Source: an uncultured Acidimicrobiia bacterium
Lineage (GTDB): Bacteria > Actinomycetota > Acidimicrobiia > Acidimicrobiales > AC-14
DNA length: 64,000 bases
Direction of reading: 5' to 3'
NCBI GenBank assembly: GCA_963836205.1
Contig: CAWIIV010000025.1
Coordinates: forward strand, 1 to 64,000
The position numbers were made by a program, and so were the translations under genes. The notes under the pieces were generated by a model. The model ran no database searches. It had not been told where the DNA came from and saw only the letters and a list, made by a program, of their open reading frames with translations. Each line of letters opens with the position of its first letter. Position 1 is the first letter of the stretch. Positions 51,424 through 61,094 of the stretch are shown in pieces.

Positions 51424-51464
51424 GAAGTTAGGATGACCTAAGACACGATCTTAGTCAACCCTTA
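51423..51464. promoter_or_regulatory. Two DtxR/IdeR-type boxes overlapping the -10 and -35 of the padR-like gene
   Basis: tgaagTTAGGATGACCTAA (15/19) and TTAGTCAACCCTTA; minus-strand promoter TTGACT-N17-CATCCT-N6-ATG. Confidence 0.75.
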
Positions 51465-51512
51465 TTCTGGCTGGTAGCCCGCTACGTGGGGGTAGCCGAC
51501 GGGGAGAAACGA

Positions 51513-51890
51513 CTACTGCTCGTCGCGCTTGAAGCGCTTGCGCAGCTTCTTGCCGACGTCGCCCACCGAGTCCTTCAGGTTGCCGGCCCGGAAGTTGCCG
51601 GTGACCTGGGCCCACCCGGCCTTGCCCATCTTGCGCAGGTTGCGCTCGAAGACGAAGGCGCAGGACAGCATGACCAGGAACCCGACGAAGCCGACGACCA
51701 GCGACGTGGCGAAGGCCCACACCAGGATGGCGAAGCCGACGAAGAACCCGAGGCCGGCCCACTTGAGGTTGCGGCCGGCGTGCCGGTAGAGGGTGGTCTG
51801 CCCGACGCCGCGCGCGAAAGCAGGATCGCTCTCGTAGAACTGCTGCTCGATTTCAGAGAGGATTCTCTGTTCGTCCTCGTTCAGCGGCAC
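51513..51890 (-). CDS. DUF3040 domain membrane protein
   Basis: MPLNEDEQRILSEIEQQFYESDPAFA plus two TM helices; downstream of dinB. Confidence 0.9.
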   Translation of the reverse strand: MPLNEDEQRILSEIEQQFYESDPAFARGVGQTTLYRHAGRNLKWAGLGFFVGFAILVWAFATSLVVGFVGFLVMLSCAFVFERNLRKMGKAGWAQVTGNFRAGNLKDSVGDVGKKLRKRFKRDEQ

Positions 51891-51966
51891 TCGACAGCCC
51901 CTTCAAAACACCCAGCTTTGCCTCTGCCATCTTCGCACAGCGAGCCCCCGTCAACAACGCGTCGGC

Positions 51967-53244
51967 TCACGATTCGGACCCGGCCGACGGCCCCCACTGC
52001 TGGTCGCCCTGCCGTTTGAGCTTGAGCGCCCCACCCCGGATCAGCGACGCGGGGCCGACGGCGGCGTCGCCGAACCGGCGGCGCACGTCGTCGATCGCCT
52101 GGGCCACGGGCGCCGGATCCGCACCGGTGGCCGACCGGTGGCCGGTCTCGTCGAAGCTCAGCTGCTCGGCCTGCCGCTCGACCAGGTTGGACGCGCTCAC
52201 CCCCAGCAGCCGCACGCCCTCCGAGCAGTCGACGGCGGCCAGCAACTCCGCCGCCAGCCGGGCCAGCCCGAGGCCGGAGTCGATGGCCGCGGGGGCCGTG
52301 CGGGACCGGGTGATGGTGCGGAAGTCGGGGAAGCGGACTTTCAGGGTGACGGTGCGCCCGGCCACCCCCGCCTTGCGCATGCGGGTGGCGACGGCGTCGG
52401 ACTGGCGCACCACCTCCACGTGGAGGGCGTCGGGGTCACGCAGGTCGGTGCCGAACGTCTCCTCGTGGCCGATCGACTTGGCCACCTGGTCGGGCACGAC
52501 CGCCCGCGGGTCGCGGGCCCAGGCCAGGTCGTGCAGGTGGCGGCCGGCGGCCGGCCCCAGGGCGCCCACCAGCGTGTCCACCGGCAGGGCGGCCAGGTCG
52601 CCCACCGTCTCCACGCCGAAGCGCTCGAGGCGGCGGTGGGTGGCCGGTCCCACGCCCCACAGGGCCCGCACCGGGTGGGGATGGAGGAAGGCCAGCTCCT
52701 CCCCCGGCTCCACCACGAACACGCCCCGTCCCGGTACCGCCCCTCCCGGCGACGCCGTCGGCTTGGCCGCCTCCGACGCCATCTTGGCGATCATCTTGCA
52801 CGTGGCCACCCCCACCGAGGCGGGAAGGCCCATCTCGTCCGCGATCCGGGCCCGGATGCCGCGTGCGATCAGGGGCGCGGGGCCGAGCAGGCGGCGGGCA
52901 CCGGCCACGTCGAGGAACGCCTCGTCGAGGGAGATGCCCTCCACCAGGGGGGTGAAGTCGAGGAAGATCTGGTGCAGCTGGGCGCTCAGCTCGATGTAGC
53001 GGTGGAAGCGGCCGGGGAGGAAAACGGCGTGGGGGCACAGCCGCTTGGCCCGCACCGACGGCATGGCCGAGCGCACGCCCCACGCCCGGGCCTCGTAGGA
53101 GCAGGCCGCGACCACTCCCCGGTTGCCGGTGCCGCCCACGATCACCGGCTTGCCGGCCAGGGACGGGTCGTCGAGGATCTCGACCGAGGCGTAGAACGCG
53201 TCCATGTCGACGTGGAGGATCGACAGGCCGAGGGCGTCTGTCAC
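51967..53244 (-). CDS. dinB: DNA polymerase IV
   Basis: ILHVDMDAFYASVE, SYEAR, SLDEAFLD, LWGVG. Confidence 0.95.
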   Translation of the reverse strand: MTDALGLSILHVDMDAFYASVEILDDPSLAGKPVIVGGTGNRGVVAACSYEARAWGVRSAMPSVRAKRLCPHAVFLPGRFHRYIELSAQLHQIFLDFTPLVEGISLDEAFLDVAGARRLLGPAPLIARGIRARIADEMGLPASVGVATCKMIAKMASEAAKPTASPGGAVPGRGVFVVEPGEELAFLHPHPVRALWGVGPATHRRLERFGVETVGDLAALPVDTLVGALGPAAGRHLHDLAWARDPRAVVPDQVAKSIGHEETFGTDLRDPDALHVEVVRQSDAVATRMRKAGVAGRTVTLKVRFPDFRTITRSRTAPAAIDSGLGLARLAAELLAAVDCSEGVRLLGVSASNLVERQAEQLSFDETGHRSATGADPAPVAQAIDDVRRRFGDAAVGPASLIRGGALKLKRQGDQQWGPSAGSES

Positions 53245-53284
53245 CGGTGCAGCTTGCCAGGCGGGAAGGTCGCCGGCGGGTCGC

Positions 53285-54070
53285 TCACGGCGTGGTCGGC
53301 GTGACTCCCGAATGGGGACGGGCCGATCGCGCCCGGCTGGCGGAGCGGCGGGCCCGGACCCGGCTTGGGTAGTCGCGGACGCCCCACCAGGTGACGAGCA
53401 GCAGCGCCTCCACGATGATGCGGGTCGACATCTTCGACGTGCCCCGCTCCCGGTCGACGAACTCGATGGGCACCTCCACGATGCGCCCGCCCCGGCGGGC
53501 CACCCGGTAGGCCATCTCGATCTGGAAGCCGTAGCCGTCGGCCCGCACGGTGGGCAGGTCGAGGCCGGCGACCGTGTCGGCCAGGTAGGCCCGGTAGCCG
53601 GAGGTGGCGTCGGCGAGGGGCAGGTCGAGGGCCATGCCTGCGTAACGGTTGCCCCAGCGGGACAGGGCCCGGCGGCGGAACGACCACTCCGGGATCGAGC
53701 CCCCCGGGATGTAGCGGGAACCCACGGCCAGGTCGGCACCGGCTTCGACCGCCCGCAGGAGCGTGGGCAGGGCGGCCGGGTCGTGCGAGAGGTCGGAGTC
53801 CATCTCCACCAGGACGTCGTAGCCCTGGCGGATGCCCTCGGCGAAGCCGGCCCGGTAGGCCGACCCGAGGCCCGCCTTCCCGGCCCGGATCATGACGTCG
53901 ACGCCGCCCAGCTCGGCGCCGGCGGCCTTGGCGATCTCGGCGGTGCCGTCGGGGCTGGCGTCGTCGACGACCAGGACGTCGGCTGCGGGGACGGCCGCCT
54001 TCAGCCGGCGGAGGACCTCGGCGATGTTCTCCGCTTCCTCGTAGGTGGGGAGCACCACGAGCGTGCGCAT
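53285..54070 (-). CDS. ppm1: Polyprenol monophosphomannose synthase (GT2)
   Basis: VLPTY, VDDASPDGT, GLGSAY, MDSDLSH, GYGFQIEM. Confidence 0.88.
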   Translation of the reverse strand: MRTLVVLPTYEEAENIAEVLRRLKAAVPAADVLVVDDASPDGTAEIAKAAGAELGGVDVMIRAGKAGLGSAYRAGFAEGIRQGYDVLVEMDSDLSHDPAALPTLLRAVEAGADLAVGSRYIPGGSIPEWSFRRRALSRWGNRYAGMALDLPLADATSGYRAYLADTVAGLDLPTVRADGYGFQIEMAYRVARRGGRIVEVPIEFVDRERGTSKMSTRIIVEALLLVTWWGVRDYPSRVRARRSASRARSARPHSGVTPTTP

Positions 54071-54153
54071 CTCACGCGCCTCTTCCGGATGGTCCAGGAA
54101 AGCCGGGTCGAGCGGCGGACCGTCCACTGCCGTGCAGCCTACGATCGCCGACC

Positions 54154-54447
54154 ATGGAGGACGAGCCGAAGCCCCCCGTCGCGATCCCCGAGGGGGGGCC
54201 GACGGCGCTACCGAGCATCCGGGCCCGGGCGGTGGCCTTCGCGGCGATCCTGGTGGCCGGCCTCTGCGGCGGGCTCATCGGCCGTGCCCTGGCCCAGATC
54301 CAGTGTTCCGGCAGCTGCTCCACAGTGTCCGCGGTCGGCGCGTTAACCGGGGCGTTGACAGCCGCGGCCGGTGTCGCCGTCGTGGCGGTGCTGGTGCTGC
54401 GAGCCATGGGCGAGTGGCGAGCCGGCCCGGGCGCCCGCCCACGCTGA
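54154..54447 (+). CDS. Small two-TM membrane protein
   Basis: ALPS..ARAVAFAAILVAGLCGGLIG...VLVLRAMGEW. Confidence 0.72.
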   Translation: MEDEPKPPVAIPEGGPTALPSIRARAVAFAAILVAGLCGGLIGRALAQIQCSGSCSTVSAVGALTGALTAAAGVAVVAVLVLRAMGEWRAGPGARPR

Positions 54448-54549
54448 GCGGCGTCATTGGCGCTCGGCGGGGGGGCTGGATCGGCTCCATCCCTTGATGT
54501 ATCGGCGCGTCTGACGCTTCCCTGTAGGGCCGTTGGTCCCGGACGTGGA

Positions 54550-56139
54550 CTACGGCAGGCAGCCGAAGAGTGGGAGGAACAGCCGCAGGAAGCCGAGGAA
54601 CGGCAGCCGGGCCAGGTCCCGTACCAGTCGACAGATGAAGCTCTCCGGGGCGACGGTCGTCGGCGGGGCAACAGTCGTCGGCGGGGCGAGCGTCGTCGGC
54701 GGGGCGAGCGTCGTCGGCGGGGCGAGCGTCGTCGGCGGGGCGAGCGTCGTCGGCGGGGCGACGGTCGTCGGTGGGGCGGCTGTCGTCGTGGGGGCCTCGG
54801 TCGTGGGGGGTGCCGACGTCGGCGTGGTCGAGGTCGGGGTGGTAGGTGGGCTGGGAGTGCCGAGCCGGACCACGGCCACGTCGGCACCCGATCGTCCCGC
54901 GCCTACCACCTTGGCGTCGGCCTGCACCGCGAGGGCGGTGACGACGTCGACCCCGCCGACGTCGGCGACCAGCCTCCCGTCCCCGTCGAACGTGTCGTCG
55001 ACGATCCCGCCGGCGGTGAACCGGGCCAGGGCGGACTCGTCACCCAGCCCGCCGCCGACGACGATCTTGTCGCCCTGGAGCGCGAGCGCGATGGGCGTGG
55101 CGTTGGTTCCGTCGCCGAAGAGGGCCAGGGCGACACCTTCGGTGCCGAATCCGTCGTCGACGCCTCCGACGGAGTCGTAGCGGACGACGGTGAAGGCGTC
55201 GTCGTGGGCCGGGCCGTTGCCGGGCCCGACGAACGAGTCGATCAGGACCACGACCTTCCCGTCCGGCTGGAGGGCCACGTCGGTGGCCGAGCTGACACCC
55301 TCGACGGGAGCATCGGCCGAGAACGTCGGGTCGGGTAGACCCCCGGATGTGAGGCGGTAGACGAGCGAGCCGATGGCGACCCGGCTGCAGGACCCCGTCC
55401 GGCCGGCGACGACGACCGCCCCGTCGGGCTGCACCGCCGCCGCGAAGCCCCGCTGCACCTGGGACTCCGAGATCTGGACCGCCTTGCCCCCCGTACCGAA
55501 GCCGGCGTCGGGCACACCTTCGGACGACGTGCGGATGACGGCCACGCCCGCCGTCTGGCCCGGCGTGGGTCCGATCATCGGACACCCGGCACCCGTCGTC
55601 TCACCGGTGAGGATGATCTTGCCGTCGGGGCCGACGTCGGCGTCCCGCAGCAGGTCCGTCCCCCCGAAGTCGTAGGTGGCGCGACCGCCGGCGCCGAACG
55701 TGGCGTCGACGCCGCCGTCGGCGTCGAGACGGGCGACGGCGAAGTCGCCCCCGCTCGTCCCCGCCACCAGGAGGCGGCCGTCGCCGAGGACGACGACCTG
55801 GTGGCCCTGGTCGGCCGAACCGCCGTTGACGTCGACGCACACCCGGCCGTCGCCGTCGAAGCTCGGGTCGGGACCGCCGCCGGTGAGGAAGCGGGCCACC
55901 AGGAAGTCGCCGTCGCAGCTGGTGCCGGCGACGACGATCCGCCCGTCGGGCTGGATGGCCACGCCCTCGCCGGTGTCGTCGAAGCCGAAGTCGGCGACAA
56001 CCTTGCCGTCACCGTCGAACGTCGGGTCGAAGTCGCCGTCGGCCGCCCGGGCGGGCACGATCACCGCGCCGACCACCACCGCCACCGCCAGCACCGCCCC
56101 CCGCCGCGCCCAGCCGCCACCACCGTCGCCGAACCTCAT
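54550..56139 (-). CDS. Secreted delta-60-repeat beta-propeller protein with Pro/Thr stalk
   Basis: Signal peptide; repeated QPDG(K/R)IVV.G and D.TF..DG motifs; (APPTTL)n. Confidence 0.85.
   Translation of the reverse strand: MRFGDGGGGWARRGAVLAVAVVVGAVIVPARAADGDFDPTFDGDGKVVADFGFDDTGEGVAIQPDGRIVVAGTSCDGDFLVARFLTGGGPDPSFDGDGRVCVDVNGGSADQGHQVVVLGDGRLLVAGTSGGDFAVARLDADGGVDATFGAGGRATYDFGGTDLLRDADVGPDGKIILTGETTGAGCPMIGPTPGQTAGVAVIRTSSEGVPDAGFGTGGKAVQISESQVQRGFAAAVQPDGAVVVAGRTGSCSRVAIGSLVYRLTSGGLPDPTFSADAPVEGVSSATDVALQPDGKVVVLIDSFVGPGNGPAHDDAFTVVRYDSVGGVDDGFGTEGVALALFGDGTNATPIALALQGDKIVVGGGLGDESALARFTAGGIVDDTFDGDGRLVADVGGVDVVTALAVQADAKVVGAGRSGADVAVVRLGTPSPPTTPTSTTPTSAPPTTEAPTTTAAPPTTVAPPTTLAPPTTLAPPTTLAPPTTLAPPTTVAPPTTVAPESFICRLVRDLARLPFLGFLRLFLPLFGCLP
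54646..54790. repeat. 18-bp coding tandem repeats (APPTT[LV])
   Basis: ggggcgagcgtcgtcggc repeated. Confidence 0.9.
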
Positions 56140-56231
56140 CGCCCGCCTCCCGTCGCCGATCCGACGGTCGACCGTCGGACTCTCCTCCCAAGACTAACGA
56201 GTGGTCCCCACGGTTCCCGTCCGATCCGTCC

Positions 56232-56945
56232 CTACCCGGACAGCGACAGGCGGCGGAACCCCTCCGCGTAGCGGACCCCGGCCAGGCGGCCCCCGTCCTC
56301 GGCCCGCTGGCGGAGGACGTCGCGGTAGAACTCGCCGCCCTCGCCCAGTTGGCTCCCGTGGCACAGGACAGCCTCGATCTTGGTCTCGATCGACGGGCCC
56401 ACGTCGACCCACACGTTTGGCTCCAGCGTCGCCGACATGAACACGCTGTCGACCTGATGGGCGGGGCCGGCGCCCGGGAAGTAGTGGGGGTTGCCCGCCG
56501 CCGGCGCCACCGCGTCGAGGACGGCCCAGCCGGTGATGCGGTGGTCGGCGTGGTTGTAGTAGGTGTCGCCGAAGAACACCGCAGTGGGGTCGTTGCACAG
56601 CACGACCTGCGGTTTTACGTCCCGGATGGCGCCCACCAGCAGCCGCCGCAGCTCGAGCGAGTCGGGCAGCTCGCCGTCGCGGAAGCCCAGCTGGCGGCGC
56701 CCGGCCAGGCCCAGGACCGCCCCCGACGCCTCCATCTCCGCCAGCCGCCGACGGGCCAGCTCGTCGGGGTCGGTGGCGGGGTCGAGCGACCCCTTCTCCC
56801 CCCGGGCGCACACCAGCACGTGCACCGCGCAGCCGCCCGCCGCCCATCGGGCCAGCGTCGCCCCGCAGGAGATCTCGGGGTCGTCGGGGTGGGCGTAGAT
56901 GGCGAGGGCCCGGTCCGGGACGTCCTGGTAGACCTCGGCGGGCAC
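56232..56945 (-). CDS. PIG-L family deacetylase
   Basis: AHPDD, GEKG, NHADH, HGSQ. Confidence 0.92.
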   Translation of the reverse strand: MPAEVYQDVPDRALAIYAHPDDPEISCGATLARWAAGGCAVHVLVCARGEKGSLDPATDPDELARRRLAEMEASGAVLGLAGRRQLGFRDGELPDSLELRRLLVGAIRDVKPQVVLCNDPTAVFFGDTYYNHADHRITGWAVLDAVAPAAGNPHYFPGAGPAHQVDSVFMSATLEPNVWVDVGPSIETKIEAVLCHGSQLGEGGEFYRDVLRQRAEDGGRLAGVRYAEGFRRLSLSG

Positions 56946-56952
56946 GGTGTCC

Positions 56953-58011
56953 CTAGTCCACGGGGGCGCTGCGGATGGCCGCCACCGCCCGGGCCAGCCC
57001 GTCGTCGTCGACGTCGAAGTGGGTGACCAGGCGCAGGACGCCGGGGCCGATGGTGCCGCCCAGCACCCCCTGGCCGGCCAGGTGGTCGAGCACCGCCTCC
57101 GTCCGGGGGTGGTGCCAGGTGACGATGTTGGTGACGACGGTGTCGGGGTCGCAGCCGCCGCCGGGCCAGCGCTCGGCCACCGCCTCGGCCAGCGCCCGGG
57201 CTCGGCGGTGGTCGTCGGCCAGGCGGTCGACCATGGTCGTGAGGGCCACCAGCCCGGCGGCCGCGATCACCCCCGCCTGGCGCATCCCCCCACCCAGGCG
57301 GGCCCGCTCGGCTCGGGCCTCCTCGATCACGTCGGCCGGCCCCGCCAACACCGATCCCACCGGGGCGCCCAGGCCCTTCGAGAGGCACGACATCACGGTG
57401 GTGACGGGCGCCGCATAGTCGGCGGCGGGCGTGCCGGTGGCCACCTCGGCGTTGAACAGGCGGGCCCCGTCCAGGTGGACGGGGATGGAGCAGGCGGTGG
57501 CGACGGCCGCCGTCTCCCGCAGCCGCTCCATCGGCCACGGGGTGCCGTTGGCCGGCATGTGGGTGTTCTCCAGGCAGAGCAGCCCGGGACGGGGGTGGTG
57601 GTGATGGGCGGCTGCGATCACCCACGCCACCTCGTCGGGATGGACGGTGCCGTCGGTGTCGTCGACGGGGTGGAACTGGATACCGGCGTTGCGCCCGCCG
57701 GCCCCGTTCTCGTAGATCACGACGTGCTGGCGGCGGCCGGCCACCACCACCGTCCCTGCCGGGGCCAGGATGCGCAGCGCGATCTGGTTGGCCATCACCC
57801 CCGACGGCACGAACAGGGCCGCGGCCTTGCCCACCCGCTCGGCGTAGGCGTCCTGGAGGGCGTTGACGGTGGGGTCCTCCCCGTAGACGTCGTCGCCCAC
57901 CACCGCGTCGGCCATGGCCCGGCGCATCTCGGCCGTCGGACGGGTGACGGTGTCGGACCGCAGATCGACGAGGTCGGCGTGGGCTGGCGCCGGCGTCACG
58001 TCCGTACCCAT
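56953..58011 (-). CDS. ltaE: Low-specificity L-threonine aldolase
   Basis: [42 protein letters not shown]. Confidence 0.92.
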   Translation of the reverse strand: MGTDVTPAPAHADLVDLRSDTVTRPTAEMRRAMADAVVGDDVYGEDPTVNALQDAYAERVGKAAALFVPSGVMANQIALRILAPAGTVVVAGRRQHVVIYENGAGGRNAGIQFHPVDDTDGTVHPDEVAWVIAAAHHHHPRPGLLCLENTHMPANGTPWPMERLRETAAVATACSIPVHLDGARLFNAEVATGTPAADYAAPVTTVMSCLSKGLGAPVGSVLAGPADVIEEARAERARLGGGMRQAGVIAAAGLVALTTMVDRLADDHRRARALAEAVAERWPGGGCDPDTVVTNIVTWHHPRTEAVLDHLAGQGVLGGTIGPGVLRLVTHFDVDDDGLARAVAAIRSAPVD

Positions 58012-58056
58012 GCCCGTACCATGGCAGATCGTGAACCAGTCCCCCACCGCCCGCGC

Positions 58057-58884
58057 TTGACGGCGGACCCGAGGGGGCTCCGGGAGCTTCTCGAGCTGGC
58101 CCTGGGGCTGGCCAGGCAGGCGTCCACCCTGCTGCTCGAGGCGCAGCGCCACCCCAACACGGGCATCGACACGAAGACGTCGGTGAACGACATGGTGAGC
58201 GACGCCGACCGGGCGTCGGAGGCGCTCATCGTGTCCGGGATCCTCGCCGCCCGACCCGACGACGCCATCCTGGCCGAGGAAGGGGCGGCCCGCCCGGGAA
58301 CGAGCGGGGTGCGGTGGGTCATCGACCCCCTCGACGGCACCACCAACTACCTGTACGGCATCCCCGCGTGGGTGGTGTCGATCGCGGCCGAGGTCGACGG
58401 CGTGGTCGAGGTGGGGGTGGTCGCCGACCCCAGCCACGGGGAGGTGTACTCGGCGGTGCGGGGCGACGCCGCCGCCTGCTGCAACGGGCTGCCGATCACG
58501 GTGTCGGGGGCGACGGTGCTGGCCACGTCGCTTATCGGCACCGGCTTCGCCTACCGGTCGGCCCGGCGGGCGGAGCAGGCGCTCGCCCTGCCCCGGGTGC
58601 TGCCCGCGGTGCGCGACCTCCGCCGCCTCGGCGCCGCCGCCCTCGACCTGTGCCTGGTGGCCTGCGGCCGCCTCGACGGCTATTTCGAGACCGGGCTCCA
58701 GCCGTGGGACATGGCTGCCGGGGCCCTCATCGCGTCGGTGGCGGGGGCGGAGGTGTGCGGGTACGACGGCGGGCCGGCGTCGACGGCGTCGCTGGTGGCG
58801 TCGACCCCCGGCATCGCGGCCGACCTGTTGGCCACCCTGGCCGCGGCCGGGGTCACGCCCGACCCGGGATACCGGACGCCATAA
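58057..58884 (+). CDS. Inositol monophosphatase family protein
   Basis: [29 protein letters not shown]; start is either 58021 or 58057. Confidence 0.93.
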   Translation: MTADPRGLRELLELALGLARQASTLLLEAQRHPNTGIDTKTSVNDMVSDADRASEALIVSGILAARPDDAILAEEGAARPGTSGVRWVIDPLDGTTNYLYGIPAWVVSIAAEVDGVVEVGVVADPSHGEVYSAVRGDAAACCNGLPITVSGATVLATSLIGTGFAYRSARRAEQALALPRVLPAVRDLRRLGAAALDLCLVACGRLDGYFETGLQPWDMAAGALIASVAGAEVCGYDGGPASTASLVASTPGIAADLLATLAAAGVTPDPGYRTP

Positions 58885-58911
58885 ATCCCCGGTTCATGCC
58901 AGCATGGACGG

Positions 58912-59283
58912 GTGTTGAAGCTGGTCGCCATCCTCCGCTTCATACGCCGGAGCACGGTCCTGCTGGGCGTCGGGCTGCTCGGGGGCACCGTCACCACCGC
59001 GGGCGTGGTGATGCTCGTCACCCCGGGACCGGGGCTGCTGGTCATCATCGCCGGGCTGGCCATCCTCGCCACCCAGTTCGCCTGGGCCGAGCGGGCGCTG
59101 GAGAGGATGAAGGCCAAGGCCCGGGCGGCCCGTGACAAGGCGTCCGTCCGGCGGGCCGATCGGCGAGCAGAAGCCGCGGCGTCGGGGACGGAGACACCGC
59201 CGGGTCCAGGTGTGTCGCGACAGCCGCCGGTGCCGACGGGCGACGACATCCCCTCCGAGTCCGACAGCCAGGCGACGGCCTAG
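58912..59283 (+). CDS. PGPGW-family membrane protein
   Basis: LVTPGPGLLVIIAGLAILATQFAWA. Confidence 0.85.
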   Translation: MLKLVAILRFIRRSTVLLGVGLLGGTVTTAGVVMLVTPGPGLLVIIAGLAILATQFAWAERALERMKAKARAARDKASVRRADRRAEAAASGTETPPGPGVSRQPPVPTGDDIPSESDSQATA

Positions 59284-59284
59284 G

Positions 59285-59743
59285 CTAAGTCGGGCTCACC
59301 TGCGCCTCCAGGCGTTCGAGGGTGCGCTCCATCCCCCGGCGGTTGCGGCCCCGGAAGCCCAACAGCCACAGGCCCAGCGCCAGCCATCGGGGCGCCGTCG
59401 AGTAGTCCCACGACTCGACCACCCGGGTCGCCCGGCCGCCGTCGGCCGGCTCGAACCGGTAGCGCCAGCGGGCCCGGCCCAGGTGGTCCCAGGCCAGGAG
59501 GCGGCCCTCCTCGAACTCCACGACCCGGTTGCTGATGCGGTAGGGCGTCCCGAGGCGCATCGCCATCCCGAAGCGGGCCCCGGGCTCCAGCCGGGCCGGC
59601 GCGTCGTCGAGCACCGCCTTCACCGTGCCCGACCCGTCGATCAAGGGGTGCATGGCCGGGTCGGCAACCACGTCGAACAGGCGCTGGGCCGGCGCGGGGA
59701 TCACCCGCTCGACCGTGACCTGCCGTCGGTGCTCGTCGCTCAC
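59285..59743 (-). CDS. SRPBCC family protein
   Basis: HPLIDGSG, VVEFEEGRLLAW, WRYRF, TRVVESWD. Confidence 0.88.
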   Translation of the reverse strand: MSDEHRRQVTVERVIPAPAQRLFDVVADPAMHPLIDGSGTVKAVLDDAPARLEPGARFGMAMRLGTPYRISNRVVEFEEGRLLAWDHLGRARWRYRFEPADGGRATRVVESWDYSTAPRWLALGLWLLGFRGRNRRGMERTLERLEAQVSPT

Positions 59744-59766
59744 CCCGTCGAAGCTACGACACCCGG

Positions 59767-60450
59767 TCAGTTGGCGATGGCGGAGGCGCCGACCGCGGCC
59801 AGCCCGTGGAGGGCGAGCTCGGTGAGGCGGGCGTCGACGATGCGGGCGAGGGCGCCCAGCTGCCGCCGCTCCCGGGCTCGGAAGGGCCGTCCCCGCCGGC
59901 CGAGGACGAGAGCGATCGACGCGTCGGCCAGGGCGGCCCAGGCCACGTCGTCGGGACCGCACTCGCCCGCCGCCACCGGGGCCGACGAGCGGCTGCCGGC
60001 CACGAAGGCGGCCAGCCAGGCGGGGGGCGGGGGCGAGCCCTGGGACGCGAGCAAGACGCGGTCGTCGAGGTCGACGGCGGCCACCCACTCCGACCCGAAG
60101 TCGGACCCGGCGTGGCTCACCATCACGCTCAGCAATCCCGCGGGACTGGTGGCCGCCACCAGGAGGGCCGCCGTCTCCAGGGCGTCGAGGCGGGCGTCGT
60201 ACATGCGCTCGGGGGCGGCCCGCACGTCCTCCACGTCGACCCCGTCGACCTGGTCGATCTCGCTGACGAGCAGGGAGACCAGGCCCGCGTCGGGCAGCTG
60301 GACGACCAGCTCGTCGATGGCCCGGCCCGCTCCCCGTTCGAGGATGTCGATGCCGACGACGTCCCCCCGCACCGCTCCGATGCGGCTGGCGACCGCGCCC
60401 AGCGCGCCGGGACGGTCCGGCAGCCACACCCGTACGACAAAGGTCTCCAT
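59767..60450 (-). CDS. ACT-domain protein with GAF-like C-terminus
   Basis: VRVWLPDRPGALGAVA..IG...GDVVGIDIL; GRPFRARE. Confidence 0.85.
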   Translation of the reverse strand: METFVVRVWLPDRPGALGAVASRIGAVRGDVVGIDILERGAGRAIDELVVQLPDAGLVSLLVSEIDQVDGVDVEDVRAAPERMYDARLDALETAALLVAATSPAGLLSVMVSHAGSDFGSEWVAAVDLDDRVLLASQGSPPPPAWLAAFVAGSRSSAPVAAGECGPDDVAWAALADASIALVLGRRGRPFRARERRQLGALARIVDARLTELALHGLAAVGASAIAN

Positions 60451-60473
60451 GGGGACGAACCTACGGATCGGGT

Positions 60474-60550
60474 GTGAACGCCGGGTTTCGGCGCCGCGAC
60501 GATGCCGTCACGAGGGGCCGTCCCGAGGGGCCGTCACGAGGGCCGTCACA
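60474..60550. promoter_or_regulatory. 11-bp periodic GlnR/MtrA-like boxes and a 13-bp tandem repeat in a divergent promoter region
   Basis: Minus strand GTGAC-n6-GTCGC-n6-GAAAC-n6-TTCAC; ccgtcacgagggg repeated about four times. Confidence 0.4.
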
Positions 60551-60569
60551 CGGCCTGTACGGTGCTCGT

Positions 60570-60947
60570 ATGGCACCCAAAACGAAGCCCGAGGTCACCA
60601 TCGACGGCGGCGAGCCGCCGGCCGACCTGGTGATCGACGACATCGAGGTCGGCGAGGGCAAGGAAGCCAAGCCCGGCGCCGACATCGAGGTCAACTACGT
60701 GGGCGTGTCGTGGTCGACCGGCCGCCAGTTCGACGCCTCCTGGGACCGCCGGCAGACGTTCACCTTCCGCCTCGGGGCGGGGATGGTCATCGGCGGCTGG
60801 GACAAGGGCGTGGCCGGGATGAAGGTCGGCGGCCGCCGCCGGCTGACCATCCCGCCCGAGCTCGGCTACGGCGCCCGGGGCGCGGGCGGCGCCATCGGCC
60901 CCAACGAGACCCTCGTCTTCGTCGTCGACCTCGTCGGGGTCCGCTAG
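60570..60947 (+). CDS. FKBP-type peptidyl-prolyl isomerase
   Basis: VNYVGV, FDASW, VIGGWDKG, IPPELGYG; TACGGT-N6-ATG. Confidence 0.95.
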   Translation: MAPKTKPEVTIDGGEPPADLVIDDIEVGEGKEAKPGADIEVNYVGVSWSTGRQFDASWDRRQTFTFRLGAGMVIGGWDKGVAGMKVGGRRRLTIPPELGYGARGAGGAIGPNETLVFVVDLVGVR

Positions 60948-60961
60948 GACCCAACCTTCAG

Positions 60962-61092
60962 GACGACGATTTGGGCGACGGGTTCCGTGCGCCCAAAGGG
61001 TCGTGAAACGGCGCGCCTGACGCCTGATCACGACGGCGTTTTCGTTGCGTGAAGCATCCCGTGGGGCGAAATCGTCGTGATCGCGGGCGTCA
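60962..61092. repeat. Two imperfect palindromes (REP-like) in a convergent intergenic region
   Basis: TTTGGGCG...CGCCCAAA and TGACGCC..GATCACGACG...CGTCGTGATC..GGCGTCA. Confidence 0.55.
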
Positions 61093-61094
61093 TG

